A program made the translations under genes and the position numbers. This document shows positions 44,296-53,129 of a stretch of DNA of 59,436 nucleotides, one piece after another. Numbering within the stretch: position 1 is the stretch's first letter; each line of letters starts with the position of its first letter. A model generated the notes under the pieces. The model was given only the letters and a program-made list of their open reading frames with translations. It was not told the DNA's origin and searched no databases. The stretch comes from Candidatus Yanofskybacteria bacterium RIFCSPHIGHO2_01_FULL_41_21. Lineage in GTDB: Bacteria > Patescibacteriota > Minisyncoccia > 2-02-FULL-40-12 > GWA2-44-9. The stretch is from the NCBI GenBank assembly GCA_001794025.1, contig MGJA01000013.1, forward strand, positions 1 through 59,436, read 5' to 3'.

Positions 44296-45118
44296 GAATA
44301 TACCAAAATACGATACCGATGCGGAACCAATAGTGCAATTAACTGATTCACCTCATGTTGAAGCGAGTATCCCCGAAGCCGTTCCGGCGGTCCAGCGTTC
44401 GCGGACTTCAGGTTTGTCTGATCTTGATAAAACAAAGTTGATTTTACCCGTTTCAATCCTAATCGCCGCTGTTTTAATCAGTGGTTCCATTTTATACACT
44501 CGTAATGGCACAGGAAATAATGGGACTGCTTTAGTCGGCGGTAACCAAGGTCCGGTTAAAGAAGTTGATATTGATCTCAAAGACGCAATAATAATGGGGG
44601 ATGCCAAGGCGCCGGTAACAGTTGTTGAATATGCTGATTTTCAGTGTCCATTCTGTCAAAGATATTTCCAACAAAACAATTCGGCTCTTATCAGTCAGTA
44701 CGTGAATACCGGCAAAGTCAGATTTGTTTGGAAGGATTATGCATTTCTTGGTCAAGAGTCAATTTGGGCAGCCGAGGCCGCTCGTTGTGCTAATGATCAA
44801 GGTAAATTCTGGGAATATCACGATTACCTTTTCAACAACCAAGGAGCGGAGAATTCCGGCGCATTTTCAAAGGATAATCTCAAAAAATTTGCTTCAGCGC
44901 TCGGTTTGAACATGGGCCAATTTAATTCATGCTTAGACACAGATAAGTACGCATCAGTCATTCAAAAAGAAACACAGGAGGGAAATAAAATTGGCGTGAA
45001 TGGCACACCGGCAACATTTATAAATAATAAACTCGTTGCCGATAGTAATGGTAACTCTGTCGGTGCCTCTCCATTTTCCGTCTTCCAAGCCGTTATTGAA
45101 CAAGAATTGTCCAAATAA
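44294..45118 (+). CDS. DsbA-like thioredoxin-fold protein, membrane anchored
   Basis: YADFQCPFC active site; TM helix. Confidence 0.8.
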   Translation: MNIPKYDTDAEPIVQLTDSPHVEASIPEAVPAVQRSRTSGLSDLDKTKLILPVSILIAAVLISGSILYTRNGTGNNGTALVGGNQGPVKEVDIDLKDAIIMGDAKAPVTVVEYADFQCPFCQRYFQQNNSALISQYVNTGKVRFVWKDYAFLGQESIWAAEAARCANDQGKFWEYHDYLFNNQGAENSGAFSKDNLKKFASALGLNMGQFNSCLDTDKYASVIQKETQEGNKIGVNGTPATFINNKLVADSNGNSVGASPFSVFQAVIEQELSK

Positions 45119-45310
45119 CGCCACTATTGTACTTTAGGAGCCGAATATGCTATAATGTGGGTATTGTAGGAACTCGGTAGATTCTCACGGCGGCATTAGT
45201 CGCTAGCAGGGACTCGACGAGGGGTCGCCCTACTAGTAATTTTTGTCTGGGAACGGAATAGTTATCGGATAGAACATTCGTTATCTAATCTAATTCGCAG
45301 ACAACGCACA

Positions 45311-45637
45311 ATGGCAAAACGATTATATATCGGAAACCTGTCGTTCAATACGACTGAAGCTGGCCTCCGCGAAGCTTTCGCAGCTGCTGGTGAAGTCACA
45401 TCCGTCGTCGTTATGATGGATAAGATGACAGGCCGATCACGCGGTTTCGCTTTCGTGGAGATGGCAACTGATGAAGCTGCCCAAGCCGCTATTGATATGT
45501 TCAATGGCAAGGACTTGGATGGCCGAAATCTTACAGTCAATGAGGCCCGGCCTATGACTGAACGTCCTCCTCGACGTCCGATGGGTGGCGGCTTCGGCCG
45601 TGGTCCTCGCGACTACAACGACAACAACGATCGCTAA
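45311..45637 (+). CDS. RRM-type RNA-binding protein with Gly/Arg tail
   Basis: RNP2 LYIGNL and RNP1 RGFAFVEM. Confidence 0.9.
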   Translation: MAKRLYIGNLSFNTTEAGLREAFAAAGEVTSVVVMMDKMTGRSRGFAFVEMATDEAAQAAIDMFNGKDLDGRNLTVNEARPMTERPPRRPMGGGFGRGPRDYNDNNDR

Positions 45638-45644
45638 AAGCAGG

Positions 45645-45688
45645 AATCAATACAAAAACCACTCTCAAGAGTGGTTTTTGTATTGATT
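45645..45688 (+). terminator. Rho-independent terminator (20-bp stem)
   Basis: AATCAATACAAAAACCACTC TCAA GAGTGGTTTTTGTATTGATT. Confidence 0.7.
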
Positions 45689-45756
45689 ATTTTATGTGCA
45701 TATGCACATAAAATAATCAATTTACTTTAGAATGTAGAAATGGCATATTTAAAACA

Positions 45757-46155
45757 ATGAAGATCAATCTTCCTAAAAATGACAGTAAATATCATTGGAC
45801 CAATCATGTGGCCCAGAAAATGATATACTATGGATTATCAGCTGATAGGGTAAAACGGGTCATACGTAGTCCCCACCGAAGTGAAAAAGGTATTGCCCCT
45901 GATACGATTGCGGTGATGTGTCCAGGGAAAGCCCTTCGACAAGCTCAGGGCAAACCTGCGGTTTGGAAAGAAGAAATTTGGGTGATGTATGCGACGGCGA
46001 AGCCGTCAAAATTTAAAGATGACAAGTTTAAAAATTTAAATATTCCCAAAAAAGTAATAATAACCGCTTGGCGTTATCCTGGCAAAAGCCCTGTTCGTGA
46101 AGCCATCCCTATCCCCAACGATATTCTGGAAGAACTAAAAAATATAAAATACTAA
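45757..46155 (+). CDS. Hypothetical protein (132 aa) containing a repeat-derived ALRQAQGKP segment
   Basis: ORF abutting nfo; internal GCCCTTCGACAAGCTCAGGGCAAACC. Confidence 0.45.
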   Translation: MKINLPKNDSKYHWTNHVAQKMIYYGLSADRVKRVIRSPHRSEKGIAPDTIAVMCPGKALRQAQGKPAVWKEEIWVMYATAKPSKFKDDKFKNLNIPKKVIITAWRYPGKSPVREAIPIPNDILEELKNIKY

Positions 46156-46988
46156 TGAGAAGAATTGGATGTCATGTGAGTATCGCGGGAGGAATTGTGA
46201 ATGCGCCGGAGAGGGCGGGGGAATTGGGGTGCGAGGTTTTTCAGATGTTTACGAGGTCACCTCAAGGCGGAGCGGCGCCAAAAATTACGCCAGAGATTGA
46301 AAAAGAATTTAAGGAACAGATGGAAAAACATGGTCAGAAGGAATGCTATATCCATGCTCCGTACTACATTAATTTTGCATCTTCCAATAAAGCTATTCGC
46401 TCGGCATCAGCCAGGGTTATTAGAGAGGAACTTGAGCGGGGCAGTCAAATCGGTGCTAAGTACGTTATGTTTCATCCTGGGAGTGCGAAAGATATGGATC
46501 GAGCCGAAGCTCTCAAAATAACCGCCGAAGGCGTGGCGAAGGTTATGAATGGCTATTCGGGCTCAACTGAACTGTTATTAGAGGTCTCGGCCGGCGCAGG
46601 GAATGTAATGGGCGATACATTTGAAGAATTGAGAGATATAATCAAAATGAGCGGTTATAATTTAGGTGTTTGTCTGGATACGGCTCACATTTTTGCTAGT
46701 GGTTATGACATTAGAACTGAAGAGGCAATGAAGAAAACTTTAACCGATATCTCTAAAACCATCGGCAAGGATTCAATTAAACTGATTCATTCTAACGATT
46801 CTAAAATTGATTTAGGTGGTCGTCGGGATAGACATGAGCATATCGGCGATGGCAAGATTGGCCGGGAAGCGTTTGGATATCTAATGTCCACTTTTAATCT
46901 TGACTTCATACTAGAGACAGAGCATGATAAAGTAGAAGAGGATATTAAAGCCCTGAAGGATATCAGGGCTAAAATTTCCGATAATTAA
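46155..46988 (+). CDS. nfo: Endonuclease IV (AP endonuclease family 2)
   Basis: HAPYYINFAS, FHPGS, CLDTAH, HSND...DRHE metal-ligand pattern. Confidence 0.85.
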   Translation: MRRIGCHVSIAGGIVNAPERAGELGCEVFQMFTRSPQGGAAPKITPEIEKEFKEQMEKHGQKECYIHAPYYINFASSNKAIRSASARVIREELERGSQIGAKYVMFHPGSAKDMDRAEALKITAEGVAKVMNGYSGSTELLLEVSAGAGNVMGDTFEELRDIIKMSGYNLGVCLDTAHIFASGYDIRTEEAMKKTLTDISKTIGKDSIKLIHSNDSKIDLGGRRDRHEHIGDGKIGREAFGYLMSTFNLDFILETEHDKVEEDIKALKDIRAKISDN

Positions 46989-47050
46989 TTACTAATTTCT
47001 AAAAATCCGGGTTCTTGTTTAGAACTTGAGATGATTATAAATTAGATATT

Positions 47051-47311
47051 TTGCAGATGATGTATTATCCAAATTATCCGGGATACTCGGATAGTGGAAT
47101 GTGGTGGTTGAGTACACCGATAGGGTTGGGTATTGGTTCTCTTTTCGCGGTGTTTATTTTGTGGAGTTTATTCTGGAAGGGAATGTCCCTCTGGAAATCC
47201 GCTCGCCACGGGCACAAATGGTGGTTTATCGCCCTTTTGCTTATAAATACCGCCGGTATTCTGGATATTCTCTATATCTACGTTTTCTCAAAGAGAATGA
47301 AGAAGGGCTAA
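47051..47311 (+). CDS. DUF5652-like small membrane protein
   Basis: KGMSLWKSARHGHKWWFIALLLINTAGILDILYI. Confidence 0.55.
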   Translation: MQMMYYPNYPGYSDSGMWWLSTPIGLGIGSLFAVFILWSLFWKGMSLWKSARHGHKWWFIALLLINTAGILDILYIYVFSKRMKKG

Positions 47312-48546
47312 GAGTTAAACTTTTTCAGGAATTTTGTTTTGTAACTTTGATACGAGCCACGCGCGAGCGAGGCTCGTATTTCGTTTAAAAGATTATTAAA
47401 GAACCACATATTGTGCATTAGGCACCATCTCTGACCTTTTGCATTTAATTCACGGTCTTCGTTTTTAATCAAAGCCCTAATTTTAGAGCGGGATATTTTA
47501 GAGGAACAAGTCAAACAACCGCAACCTTTTTCAATCACTTTTTTGTCGTTTGAAAAAGCGCCTCGGCGAATATCCATGTGACCGGTTTTGGTATAGAGCC
47601 GACCGTGACGGGCTTCACGGGTGGGGATGACGCAATCAAAAGTATCAATACCATTATCTATTGCTTCAAAGACATCCGCTACTTTACCGACACCTAATAA
47701 ATGACGGGGTTTTTCTTCTGGTAAATAAGGAACGACCCATTTCAACATTTTTGAAATTTGTTTTTTAGTGTATGACCCACCAATACCGAAACCGTCAAAA
47801 GGCATAAAGCCGATTGATTTAGCGCTTTTAATCCGAAGATCTTTAAATAACCCGCCTTGAACTATGCCAAATAACATTTGTTTTGGATCCCTTGTTTTTA
47901 AACATATCTTTGCCCATTTATCTGTAAGCTCAACTGCTTTTCTATTATATTCATAATCATCTAACGGTGAAGTGATCTGGTCAAAGGCAAATATAATATC
48001 TGCCCCGATCTTGCTTTGGAGTTTCATGGATAATTTCGGACCCAAAAACGATTTTTCTCCTTTAAAATTAAAATGAACTCCTTTTTGAGTAATCCTAATC
48101 TTACTGCGTTTATAACTCGCATCTGGCTTAGAATCGCCCGTCATAAATTTTCCGACTTTATTTTTATCACCAAAAGCCAGCGATAATACTTGAAACCCGC
48201 CACTATCGGTCATAGTCGGGATATTTAAACCTAATTTTTGTGTTAAAAATGTGTCTAATTTTTTGTTTTTTTCCGCCAGTTGGCGCATTGACTTATTACT
48301 TTGCAACACGGTATCCCAGAGGTGGAAGGTATTGGCAATGACTAGTTGCGATTTTGTTTTGGGAATATCACTTGGTTTGAGATGGAGAAACTTGCCATAA
48401 GTCCCAACGAACACATAGGATGGTGTTTTGATGATGCCATGAGGAGTTGTTAAAATACCCAAACGGGCTCTTGTTTGCTTGTCTTTTTTAATGATAGTAA
48501 ACCCCGCCGTTGAAGAATGATGTGTCTTTTTTATAGTGTTTATCAT
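47308..48546 (-). CDS. tgt: tRNA-guanine transglycosylase
   Basis: DSGGFQV, LLGVG, zinc site CGCLTCS. Confidence 0.85.
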   Translation of the reverse strand: MINTIKKTHHSSTAGFTIIKKDKQTRARLGILTTPHGIIKTPSYVFVGTYGKFLHLKPSDIPKTKSQLVIANTFHLWDTVLQSNKSMRQLAEKNKKLDTFLTQKLGLNIPTMTDSGGFQVLSLAFGDKNKVGKFMTGDSKPDASYKRSKIRITQKGVHFNFKGEKSFLGPKLSMKLQSKIGADIIFAFDQITSPLDDYEYNRKAVELTDKWAKICLKTRDPKQMLFGIVQGGLFKDLRIKSAKSIGFMPFDGFGIGGSYTKKQISKMLKWVVPYLPEEKPRHLLGVGKVADVFEAIDNGIDTFDCVIPTREARHGRLYTKTGHMDIRRGAFSNDKKVIEKGCGCLTCSSKISRSKIRALIKNEDRELNAKGQRWCLMHNMWFFNNLLNEIRASLARGSYQSYKTKFLKKFNS

Positions 48547-48643
48547 ATATAACGTTATTTTATACTGCTCTTCAACGGCGGGGTAAACATAGTGCGTTAT
48601 GATATCATGAAAAGCAGATTTTGACTAAGAGATTTGATTTGAT

Positions 48644-48961
48644 ATGATTGATGACATGGCAAGCAAAAAAGACAAAATGACAATTGAGGACTTGGCGGGG
48701 ATGATTGAACGTAATCTTCCCACCAAGGAAGATGTAAAAAAACTTAGATTTGAAATTGAAGGTCAAATTAGTGGATTGAGAAGTGAATTGAAGGACGAAA
48801 TTTGGGGATTTAGAACCGAGTTAAAAAATGAGATTCAGGAAGTCAAGGTAGAATTAGAGGAAGTTCACGATATTGTTAAAAGGATTGACGGAAAAGATTT
48901 GCCGAATCTTAAACGTCGGGTGACCACTATTGAATCAATTATAAAACCTCTTAGAAAATAA
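48644..48961 (+). CDS. Coiled-coil hypothetical protein
   Basis: Heptad-like EL(K/R) repeats. Confidence 0.4.
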   Translation: MIDDMASKKDKMTIEDLAGMIERNLPTKEDVKKLRFEIEGQISGLRSELKDEIWGFRTELKNEIQEVKVELEEVHDIVKRIDGKDLPNLKRRVTTIESIIKPLRK

Positions 48962-48963
48962 CT

Positions 48964-49200
48964 ATGACAAAAATCACCATCTACAGCACACCAACTTGCC
49001 ATTTCTGTCACTTAGCTAAGGAATATTTTAAATCCAAGGGTTGGGAATATGAAGATATAAATGTTGCCGGCAATATTGAAAAACAAAAGGAACTTGTCGC
49101 CAAGTCCGGTCAGTTCGGTGTGCCGGTCATCTTGATTGATGGCAAAATGATTATCGGTTTTGACCGCCCCAAAATAAATCAATTAATGGGAGTCAACTAA
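48964..49200 (+). CDS. Glutaredoxin-like (NrdH/YruB-type) protein
   Basis: TCHFC active site, GVPVILIDG. Confidence 0.75.
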   Translation: MTKITIYSTPTCHFCHLAKEYFKSKGWEYEDINVAGNIEKQKELVAKSGQFGVPVILIDGKMIIGFDRPKINQLMGVN

Positions 49201-49203
49201 CGG

Positions 49204-49364
49204 TTAAGAAATATTTTCAATAAAGTACCGATAATCGGCCGGCTCCTGCGGCCGGCCGTCATCTAGACGCTCGCCCCCTCACCAAGCACCAAGCTTCGGG
49301 GGTTCGTCAATTGGCTAAAGCAAATTGACCTGCGCGACTTACTTTGTTTGCAAATATTTCTTAA
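49204..49364. repeat. Nested palindromic intergenic element
   Basis: 13-bp terminal IR TTAAGAAATATTT / AAATATTTCTTAA; internal GC-rich hairpins and GTCAATT...AATTGAC. Confidence 0.7.
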
Positions 49365-49375
49365 TCCGATATCTT

Positions 49376-49957
49376 ATGAAGTTTGAACTGCCAAAACTTG
49401 GGTACAGTTATGATGCGCTTGAGCCGTATATTGATGCCAAGACGATGGAGATTCACCATACCAAGCATCATCAGGCCTACATAGACAAACTTAATGCAGT
49501 TTTAGAAAAATATCCTGATTTGGGGAGTATGACCATTGAAGAACTTTTGAAAAATCTTGACACTCTCAAGGTGGAGGAAGCTGATCGCACGGCTATTCGT
49601 AATCATGGCGGGGGATACCTTAATCATTCTTTGTTTTGGATAATTATGGATCCGTCTAATCAGAAAAATGAATCATTGATTACAGATATAACAGCGACAT
49701 TTGGTTCTTTAGATGATTTTAAAAAACAATTTACCGATATTGCAACAAAACAATTCGGTTCAGGTTGGGCCTGGCTCGTTCGTGATGAGCAAGAAAAATT
49801 GCAACTGTACAGTACTTCCAATCAGGATTCCCCGTATCTTAGGGGTCATACACCATTGATCAGTCTAGATGTTTGGGAACACGCCTATTACCTAAAATAT
49901 CAAAATCGCCGACCAGAATATATTGAAAACTGGTGGCAGGTGATTAAGTTTATTTAA
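49376..49957 (+). CDS. sodA: Fe/Mn superoxide dismutase
   Basis: HHTKHHQAY, DVWEHAYYL. Confidence 0.9.
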   Translation: MKFELPKLGYSYDALEPYIDAKTMEIHHTKHHQAYIDKLNAVLEKYPDLGSMTIEELLKNLDTLKVEEADRTAIRNHGGGYLNHSLFWIIMDPSNQKNESLITDITATFGSLDDFKKQFTDIATKQFGSGWAWLVRDEQEKLQLYSTSNQDSPYLRGHTPLISLDVWEHAYYLKYQNRRPEYIENWWQVIKFI

Positions 49958-49959
49958 TT

Positions 49960-51456
49960 CTATTGCCAGGTATTAAACCAGAAACGGTTTTGGAGTTGGT
50001 TGGCTTCAAGGGGGAGGCCATAGGAAAGTGGAGCGAAAAATAGGAAGGCAAGGCCGGCAAGGATAATAACCGTCATAAATATTTTTTTACGTTTCGGATG
50101 CTGGTCTATGAGATAGGCAAGAGTGAGAATGGCAAAAATAAGAGCCGAGAGATAATGATAGAGGAACATCACCCGACCGATACCAATAAAAGGCAGATAA
50201 TTTATCACGTAACCGCCTATCAGAATCATGAAGCATGAATCATGAATCATGGATTTCTGACTTGCTTCTTGCTTCTTGTTTCTTGCTTCGACTTCAATAT
50301 GTTTCCATGCTTTATATTTTCTGCTTACAAAATCAAACAGAGTAGAAATCAATAAGTAAAGAATAGCGACCGTGGAGGCCCACCAGATGAATGGATTACC
50401 AATGAGATAAATTTTTGATTGGGTGGGAGTGTCTATGGACGATTGGTTCCAATAATAGATAGGACGAACCATAAATGGCCAGGTGTACCATTGGGAACTA
50501 TAAGGATGGGTGGCGGTGAGATTTTTATTAGCTGTATACATTTCTGCGTTTAATTCTATAAATTTCTGAAATATATTGAGTGGTTTAAGATTTGAATCAT
50601 CAGCGTAATCGGAATCCTGAAGAGAGCTTTGGAATTCCGGCGTCATAAAGGCGTCACCATCACCGGATTTAGTAAGGAGAGAAAAATGAATAACAAATAT
50701 AGAAAAATAAATTGTAAGTGGAATTATTACAAAGAAAACGAACAACTTGGCAATAGCCAATAGTGAGTAGCGAATAGTTAGAGTATTATTTTTTACTGTG
50801 TGTATGAGTTCTATTAGCCCAACCAATCCAAGAAAGGCGATACCGGTCCATTTGATAGAAAAAGCAAGACCACCAAAGATAGACATGAGAATTAGGAAGT
50901 AGGAATTAGGAATTAGGTCGGAGGAATCCGAAGAGTGAGATCTATATTTGAAATAAAACAAAAGAGAGGCAAATCCAAATAGGAGCAAGAAGGGATCAAG
51001 GAGAATAAGGCGTGATTGGGTAAGGAGAGAGTTTTCAAGGGCAATTAACATGCCGGCACCGAATGCTCCTAGGATTGAAAATCCCAGTTCAAGGGCTAAG
51101 AGATAAATAATAATCGGTAGCAACATCCCAGCCAACATTGGCAGAAAACGTAAAGCCAGGTATTTATTATCCGGGAATTTTTGACCAATTTCAGCAAAGC
51201 TGTATTCTGGGGAAAAATTGAACAATTTTGCGAATCCAGCGATGATAAGCTTGCCTCCAGGTGGATGAATGTCAAAATAGTATTGATGGGTATAATAACC
51301 CGAAACAAACTTACCAAAGTGGACTTCATCAAAAACCGTTTCATTGGGTCGGCCGAAAAAAGCAAAGTGGACGGCGATACTAACGAGGATGAGGATAATT
51401 ATACTTGTCTTCTTGTTCATTATGTCCATAATATAATAAGAAAAGGATTTAGTCAT
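49960..51456 (-). CDS. GT39 family glycosyltransferase (PMT-like protein O-mannosyltransferase)
   Basis: VFDEVHFGKF loop motif, many TM helices. Confidence 0.75.
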   Translation of the reverse strand: MTKSFSYYIMDIMNKKTSIIILILVSIAVHFAFFGRPNETVFDEVHFGKFVSGYYTHQYYFDIHPPGGKLIIAGFAKLFNFSPEYSFAEIGQKFPDNKYLALRFLPMLAGMLLPIIIYLLALELGFSILGAFGAGMLIALENSLLTQSRLILLDPFLLLFGFASLLFYFKYRSHSSDSSDLIPNSYFLILMSIFGGLAFSIKWTGIAFLGLVGLIELIHTVKNNTLTIRYSLLAIAKLFVFFVIIPLTIYFSIFVIHFSLLTKSGDGDAFMTPEFQSSLQDSDYADDSNLKPLNIFQKFIELNAEMYTANKNLTATHPYSSQWYTWPFMVRPIYYWNQSSIDTPTQSKIYLIGNPFIWWASTVAILYLLISTLFDFVSRKYKAWKHIEVEARNKKQEASQKSMIHDSCFMILIGGYVINYLPFIGIGRVMFLYHYLSALIFAILTLAYLIDQHPKRKKIFMTVIILAGLAFLFFAPLSYGLPLEANQLQNRFWFNTWQ

Positions 51457-51526
51457 TAGGACTTAGGACCTAGTAACTAAAAACAAGAGAATAATCACTA
51501 TGTCCTAATCGCTAATTACTATCCAC

Positions 51527-52492
51527 ATGTTTGACTTAATTATCATTGGTGGTTCGGCGGCTGCTACGACGGCTGGTGTTTATGCGGCCCGTCGCGGTCT
51601 CAATCCCGCCCGACCGGATGACTCCGGTCAGTCGGGCGGGTTTAAAATAATTACCAAAGAATTTGGGGGTGAAGTGGCGACATCGGGTGAAATTGAAAAT
51701 TGGCCCGGCATTGTTCATACGGATGGCCTATCACTTGCTGAACAATTTAGGGTCCATCTAAATACTAATCATGTTACCCCAGAAGAAGGTGTGGTGGTTT
51801 CATCAATTACCAAACAGATTGATGGTAATTTTGTAATTTCTACTGAAGTTGATGGAGAAAAAAAAGAATATACATCTCGAGCCGTTATTGTTACAACCGG
51901 CGTTCATCCTAAGGAACTTGGTGTTCCCGGAGAGAAAGAGTTTAGAAACAAAGGTGTTACTTATTGTACAACTTGTGATGGGCCGTTATTTCAAGGTAAA
52001 ATCACAACTGTTGTTGGTGGGGGCAATTCCGCCCTTGAATCGGCGTTGATGCTGGCCGATATTGCTTCACAGGTCTTTGTTGTAAATAAAAACGACAAGT
52101 TTAAGGGTGAACAGATTTTGATTGATAAGCTTAATGCCAGACAAAATGTTAAGATTATTTATCAAGCCAAGACCACGGAAATAAAAGGCGATTCAGCAGG
52201 CGGACTTGTTTCTGAATTAGTGTATACTGATTCAAGTGGGGTATTACAAACTTTAAAAACTGACGGCGTATTTATTCATATCGGTATGGTTCCAAATTCT
52301 GGAATTGTACCCGAAGATATTTTGAAAGATAAATTTGGTCAAATTATTGTTGATGATCATTGTGCCACAAATATCCCGGGGTTATTTGCCGCCGGTGACG
52401 TGACTGATGTCCCATTTAAACAAATCGTAATTGCCGCCGGCCAAGGATGTATTGCTACCCTGTCCGCAGTAGAATACCTCAATAGAAAGTAA
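51527..52492 (+). CDS. trxB: Thioredoxin-disulfide reductase with 12-codon palindromic insertion
   Basis: GGSAAATTAGVYAARRG FAD motif, redox CTTCDG, GGGNSALE NADPH motif, GDV. Confidence 0.85.
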   Translation: MFDLIIIGGSAAATTAGVYAARRGLNPARPDDSGQSGGFKIITKEFGGEVATSGEIENWPGIVHTDGLSLAEQFRVHLNTNHVTPEEGVVVSSITKQIDGNFVISTEVDGEKKEYTSRAVIVTTGVHPKELGVPGEKEFRNKGVTYCTTCDGPLFQGKITTVVGGGNSALESALMLADIASQVFVVNKNDKFKGEQILIDKLNARQNVKIIYQAKTTEIKGDSAGGLVSELVYTDSSGVLQTLKTDGVFIHIGMVPNSGIVPEDILKDKFGQIIVDDHCATNIPGLFAAGDVTDVPFKQIVIAAGQGCIATLSAVEYLNRK

Positions 52493-52560
52493 TTAATATA
52501 ATTAGAACTTAGAAAAAATAAAAAACTAAGTACCAATAACTAATTCCTAAATACTAATTT

Positions 52561-53004
52561 ATGATTTATATAGGAGCTGACCACAGAGGATTCGAACTAA
52601 AAGAAAAGTTAAAAGAGTTTTTTGATGAGCTTAATTTTGAATATGAAGATGTAGGTGCATTAGAACTTAATCCTGATGATGACTATCCGGAATTTGCTTT
52701 GAAAGTTGCTAAGAGTATTGACGACCATGAAGACCGAGGGATTGTTATTTGCGGTTCAGGGGTGGGTGTAGATGAGGTGGCTAATAAGGTTTCGGGTGTT
52801 CGTTGTGGCCTGGCTATTAACAAAGAACAGATTAGAGCTGCCCGCCACGATGATGACATAAACGTTCTTGCTTTGGCTTCCGATCATACTTCCGAAGAGG
52901 ACGTGAAAGATATTGTTAAAATATTTTTGGATACTGATTTTTCCGGCGAAGAACGCTATAAACGTCGGATTCATGAAGTGGAAAACATAGAAGAAGAGTA
53001 TTAG
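52561..53004 (+). CDS. rpiB: Ribose-5-phosphate isomerase B
   Basis: GADHRGFELK, ICGSGVGV. Confidence 0.85.
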   Translation: MIYIGADHRGFELKEKLKEFFDELNFEYEDVGALELNPDDDYPEFALKVAKSIDDHEDRGIVICGSGVGVDEVANKVSGVRCGLAINKEQIRAARHDDDINVLALASDHTSEEDVKDIVKIFLDTDFSGEERYKRRIHEVENIEEEY

Positions 53005-53011
53005 GACAGCT

Positions 53012-53119
53012 AGAACTAACCTTTTCGCCCCAGACCCGGGGAACCATTCGCCAGCCGGCGGACCGACGGTTCCCCCGCAAGCGGGACCCCTTCCGCTACT
53101 GGGTCAAAGAGTAGGTTCT
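53012..53119 (+). repeat. Palindromic element, short form, with conserved core (copy 2 of 4)
   Basis: Core 53027-53105 CCCCAGACCC...GGGACCCCTTCCGCTACTGGGTC. Confidence 0.8.
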
Positions 53120-53129
53120 TCCTTCAAAC

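Noticed and set aside
46201-46521. 106-aa alternative-frame ORF within nfo
   Set aside because: The nfo frame carries the full endonuclease IV motif set. The alternative frame is an Arg/Lys-rich artefact.
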